Translations under genes and position numbers: made by a program
Assembly: GCA_001643675.2 (NCBI GenBank)
Contig: LSRY02000016.1
Span: 186,001-250,000, forward strand
DNA from: Monocercomonoides exilis PA203
Lineage: Eukaryota; Protista; Preaxostyla
Reading direction: 5' to 3'
DNA length: 64,000 bases
Part shown: piece by piece, positions 61,236 to 64,000 of the stretch
How positions within the stretch are numbered: the stretch's first letter is position 1
Layout of the letters: the number at the start of each line of letters is the position of its first letter
The notes under the pieces: model-generated
What the model saw: only the letters and a program-made list of their open reading frames with translations
Database searches by the model: none
Told to the model about the DNA's origin: nothing

Positions 61236-64000
61236 TCAAGTGCTGCACAACTCATTCACGGCACCATTAGCCTCTTTTGATTCTTGATGGCTATAGCAAA
61301 TATTTTCTTTCTCGTCTTCTTTCTGTTCACTTGTCTCTTCATCACTTTGATGTGCATTTTGATTTTCCACTGGTAAATATGAAGACTGGTCATTTCCTGG
61401 CAAAGCAGCCGTATAATTTTGAGTTATTTGCTCGTCTGATTGTGTTTCTGGAGGAGCATCATCCAATTCATAGTAATCAATCACATCTTCCTTCTCTCCG
61501 TCTGCCGGCGGAAGCGAAGGCGGAGGCTGCGAAAGGCCGAACTGAGGATTGTCAAGAGCCTTCTGCCTCTGCAAATTCTGGTTCTTGCGGTCGGGCCAGT
61601 GGTGGCCAAAGGCATGTGGAAAGTTGGGCTTATCTCTTTGAATAATGTCTGATGACTGAACAGCTATTCGTGAAGAGGCTGTAGAATTGTGCGAATATTG
61701 ATAGTTTGATGGCTGCTGGAATGCTGAATTTGTCTTGGGAGCTAATGCTGATGGCGTAATTGACTTACTAGTTCTGCTTTTGTTCGCAGAATACGAGGGA
61801 GAAGGCTGAGAAGGCGAAGAAGAGGAGGATGCAGCTTCACCAGACAGATGAGGAGAAAGAGCTGAAGAAGAAGTAGATGATGATGATGAAGGAGATGATG
61901 ATGAAGATGGATGTGCGGACAATGACATAGGCTGGCTTGTGAGAGAAGAAGAATAAGCAGGCTGCGAAGGCTGAGCACTTCCAGTTCCCAGGAGCAGCCG
62001 AGGAGAGCCTGACACATATGCTTCCGAAGGCGAACGAGTATCCTGAAGAGAAGTATGTGGCGAATTCGAGTTTTCGCTGCCAATGTCACTGTGGAAGCTG
62101 ACAGGGGCGGTTGCTGATGGAGGAATGCAGAAGGCAGCTGCTTGTACTGTTGGTGTGTACTCATCCTGCTTTGAGTAGTATTGGTCACCAGGAGAATATA
62201 GAATGTTGCGAGAAGGAGCAGATGCATTGGCATTTCTGTTGAAAGCTCTTTTTTGCTCTTCAATCACACGCAGCATTTCTGACTCTGTCACAAAATTGAC
62301 ATAGCTGAGTGGCACAGACGCGTCAAATGATGAATGAATGGAGAGTAGATCTTCATACTCCATTGGCTGATCTTTGAAGGCAGCGGCAGCATTGTCATAT
62401 GGAGTCTCAACACCAAACTCATCTTCCTTTTCAATGCCACTCCTTATTCCTGATGTCGGCTGCTCTGCTTCTGGCATCATAAATCCCTGCGTTATGTTAC
62501 TCTCATCAGGTTTCTCGACCACTTCGTGTGTCTGCTCAATCTTTGGCTCTGCTTTCCCTTTCCCTTTTGCCTTTTCCTGAGTCTCCGTGCCAGCGGAATC
62601 ATTCAAATTGCTTTCATCCACAGCTTCTCCTGAATGTGTCTCTTTCTTTGCGATCTGTTGATCGTTGTTCTGAGGTATTTCTCCTTCTCCACTGGCAAAG
62701 TTGTCTGCTCCAATGTAGTCCTTGCTCTGCACAGTCATCCGATCCACGCTGCCTCCCTGCTGATACGACGTATTCTGCTCGTTCAGCTGCTTGTTGTAGA
62801 GCGATGCCAGCGAAAGAGAGTATCTCAGGATGAGAAACAGATCATCCTGGTTGATGGCTACCAGCGGCTGCGAGAAGAACTCCGGTGCAGACGCAAACAG
62901 CTGCGTCGTCTGCGGCACGCCAAACGAGAAGAACGACAGGCGATTCAAAAGTGGCGGGAGAAACGTGCCGTTCTGCTGAGAACCTGCGCCTTCTGGTGAG
63001 TCCTTTCGGTCTCCGTGCAATTGTCGGGTGTTGCGCGACATGTCCACAAAGAGTGAGCTGATTGATGACTGTCTTTCTCTCTCTTCTGCCAGCCCATAAT
63101 ACGTGGCTGTATTGCCTGCCATGTAATTGTGCGTATCATTTGCATAGTCCACATATCCTCCATAATCAGACAGATCATCTTCGCTCCCAAAGTCATCGCC
63201 TTCTTTCTCGTTTCCGCTTCTTGTTTTTCCTTTCTCTTTGTGTCTTCTGCTTTCGTCAAGTGACTTCGTTGCATTGTCCTCGCTCTCTCTGTTTGACTCA
63301 CAGTCCGTATATGACTTCAACAGGAATCCTTTACCTGATTTGTGCCTCGTTTTCCTCTTTGGTTCTTCCGCAGGTGGAGGTGATGTTGAGGAAGAGAGGC
63401 GCTGTGATCTGTGCATTCTGGATGAGTGTGGATGGGTTGAGATGTCTGCAACACTTTGTGTCGAACGGCCTGTGCGAGAAGACCGATGGAGAGAGTGTTT
63501 GAGCTTGTTGGAGTGGGAAGAGGGGCTGGCGGGTGTGGTGACGACTGACAGGGCAGATAAAGCAGTGAGAGCAGTCATGGTGGGAGAAGGAGGCGCCTGA
63601 GAAGCAGAGTGTGACGCAACAGAGACTGAGGCTGACGCTGAAGCAGAAGCAGATGCTGATGCTGAGGCAGAGACTGATGCTGATGTAGTGGATGAGGAAG
63701 AAGAAGAAGAAGAAGAAGAAGAAGAAGAAGAAGAAGAAGAAGAAGAAGAAGAAGAAGAAGACGAGGAGGAGGAACTTGATAACAACGAAGAGGAAGAAGA
63801 AGAAGAAGATGATGATGAAGATAGCACCGATGACGAATAGGAAGAAGAGGAAGAAGAAGTTGACTGTGAAGAAGGTGAAATTGCAGGCGGAGGAGAATTC
63901 GAGTTGGAACGATAAACTTTTGAAGGAGCAGCTACATTTAATGAGGAAGATGAAGACAAAGCAGCACTTTCGCTCTTTCTCTGAGCATCGACCGAGTCTT
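61236..64000 (-). CDS. Ser-rich low-complexity hypothetical protein, 5'-truncated
   Basis: A 907-aa ORF whose frame stays open to the window edge, with the same codon and compositional style as the dynein and PUF disordered regions, and a sharp transition to AT-rich DNA after the stop at 61236. No recognisable domain. Confidence 0.75.
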   Translation of the reverse strand, partial: DSVDAQRKSESAALSSSSSLNVAAPSKVYRSNSNSPPPAISPSSQSTSSSSSSYSSSVLSSSSSSSSSSSSLLSSSSSSSSSSSSSSSSSSSSSSSSSSSSSSTTSASVSASASASASASASASVSVASHSASQAPPSPTMTALTALSALSVVTTPASPSSHSNKLKHSLHRSSRTGRSTQSVADISTHPHSSRMHRSQRLSSSTSPPPAEEPKRKTRHKSGKGFLLKSYTDCESNRESEDNATKSLDESRRHKEKGKTRSGNEKEGDDFGSEDDLSDYGGYVDYANDTHNYMAGNTATYYGLAEERERQSSISSLFVDMSRNTRQLHGDRKDSPEGAGSQQNGTFLPPLLNRLSFFSFGVPQTTQLFASAPEFFSQPLVAINQDDLFLILRYSLSLASLYNKQLNEQNTSYQQGGSVDRMTVQSKDYIGADNFASGEGEIPQNNDQQIAKKETHSGEAVDESNLNDSAGTETQEKAKGKGKAEPKIEQTHEVVEKPDESNITQGFMMPEAEQPTSGIRSGIEKEDEFGVETPYDNAAAAFKDQPMEYEDLLSIHSSFDASVPLSYVNFVTESEMLRVIEEQKRAFNRNANASAPSRNILYSPGDQYYSKQDEYTPTVQAAAFCIPPSATAPVSFHSDIGSENSNSPHTSLQDTRSPSEAYVSGSPRLLLGTGSAQPSQPAYSSSLTSQPMSLSAHPSSSSSPSSSSSTSSSALSPHLSGEAASSSSSPSQPSPSYSANKSRTSKSITPSALAPKTNSAFQQPSNYQYSHNSTASSRIAVQSSDIIQRDKPNFPHAFGHHWPDRKNQNLQRQKALDNPQFGLSQPPPSLPPADGEKEDVIDYYELDDAPPETQSDEQITQNYTAALPGNDQSSYLPVENQNAHQSDEETSEQKEDEKENICYSHQESKEANGAVNELCST
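63697..63759 (+). repeat. (GAA)21 perfect microsatellite, encoding poly-Ser (TCT) on the minus strand
   Basis: Direct count of uninterrupted GAA triplets. Confidence 0.92.

Noticed and set aside
1-64000. CRISPR arrays, rRNA, tRNA, telomeric repeats
   Set aside because: No regularly spaced direct repeats, cloverleaf signatures or rRNA-like conserved stretches were seen by eye. Small ncRNAs cannot be excluded without a covariance-model search.

Overview
Gene-dense nuclear DNA of a protist, read with the standard genetic code. It has AT-rich intergenic DNA, short (about 50-150 nt) GT-AG introns and very large Ser-rich low-complexity proteins. This style resembles an oxymonad/metamonad such as Monocercomonoides (inference only). 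In order, the window contains: a 5'-truncated, intron-free, roughly doubled-length dynein heavy chain (+, to 22912); a 4-exon hypothetical helical protein; proteasome alpha-7 (-, 5 exons); a 5-kb AT-rich accessory island holding a decayed pogo-type DD35D transposase (only fragments appear in the ORF track), a small inverted-repeat element and a ~985-bp foldback element with 347-bp perfectly identical arms; a ~3844-aa type-I membrane GGA(I)/beta-helix (Pmp-like) surface protein built from ~9 higher-order ~290-aa repeats; a Pumilio/PUF protein head-to-head with it (89 bp between ATGs); an RCC1-repeat protein; centrin (5 exons, with 9- and 15-nt coding microexons); a spliced TMEM208/SND2-like membrane protein that overlaps or abuts head-to-head a SMYD-type SET/MYND methyltransferase; and a 5'-truncated Ser-rich hypothetical protein. 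All intron models were derived by hand from GT/AG sites and phase consistency. 17 of the 18 inferred donors have T at +4 (consensus GTTTG). No rRNA, tRNA or CRISPR features were seen.
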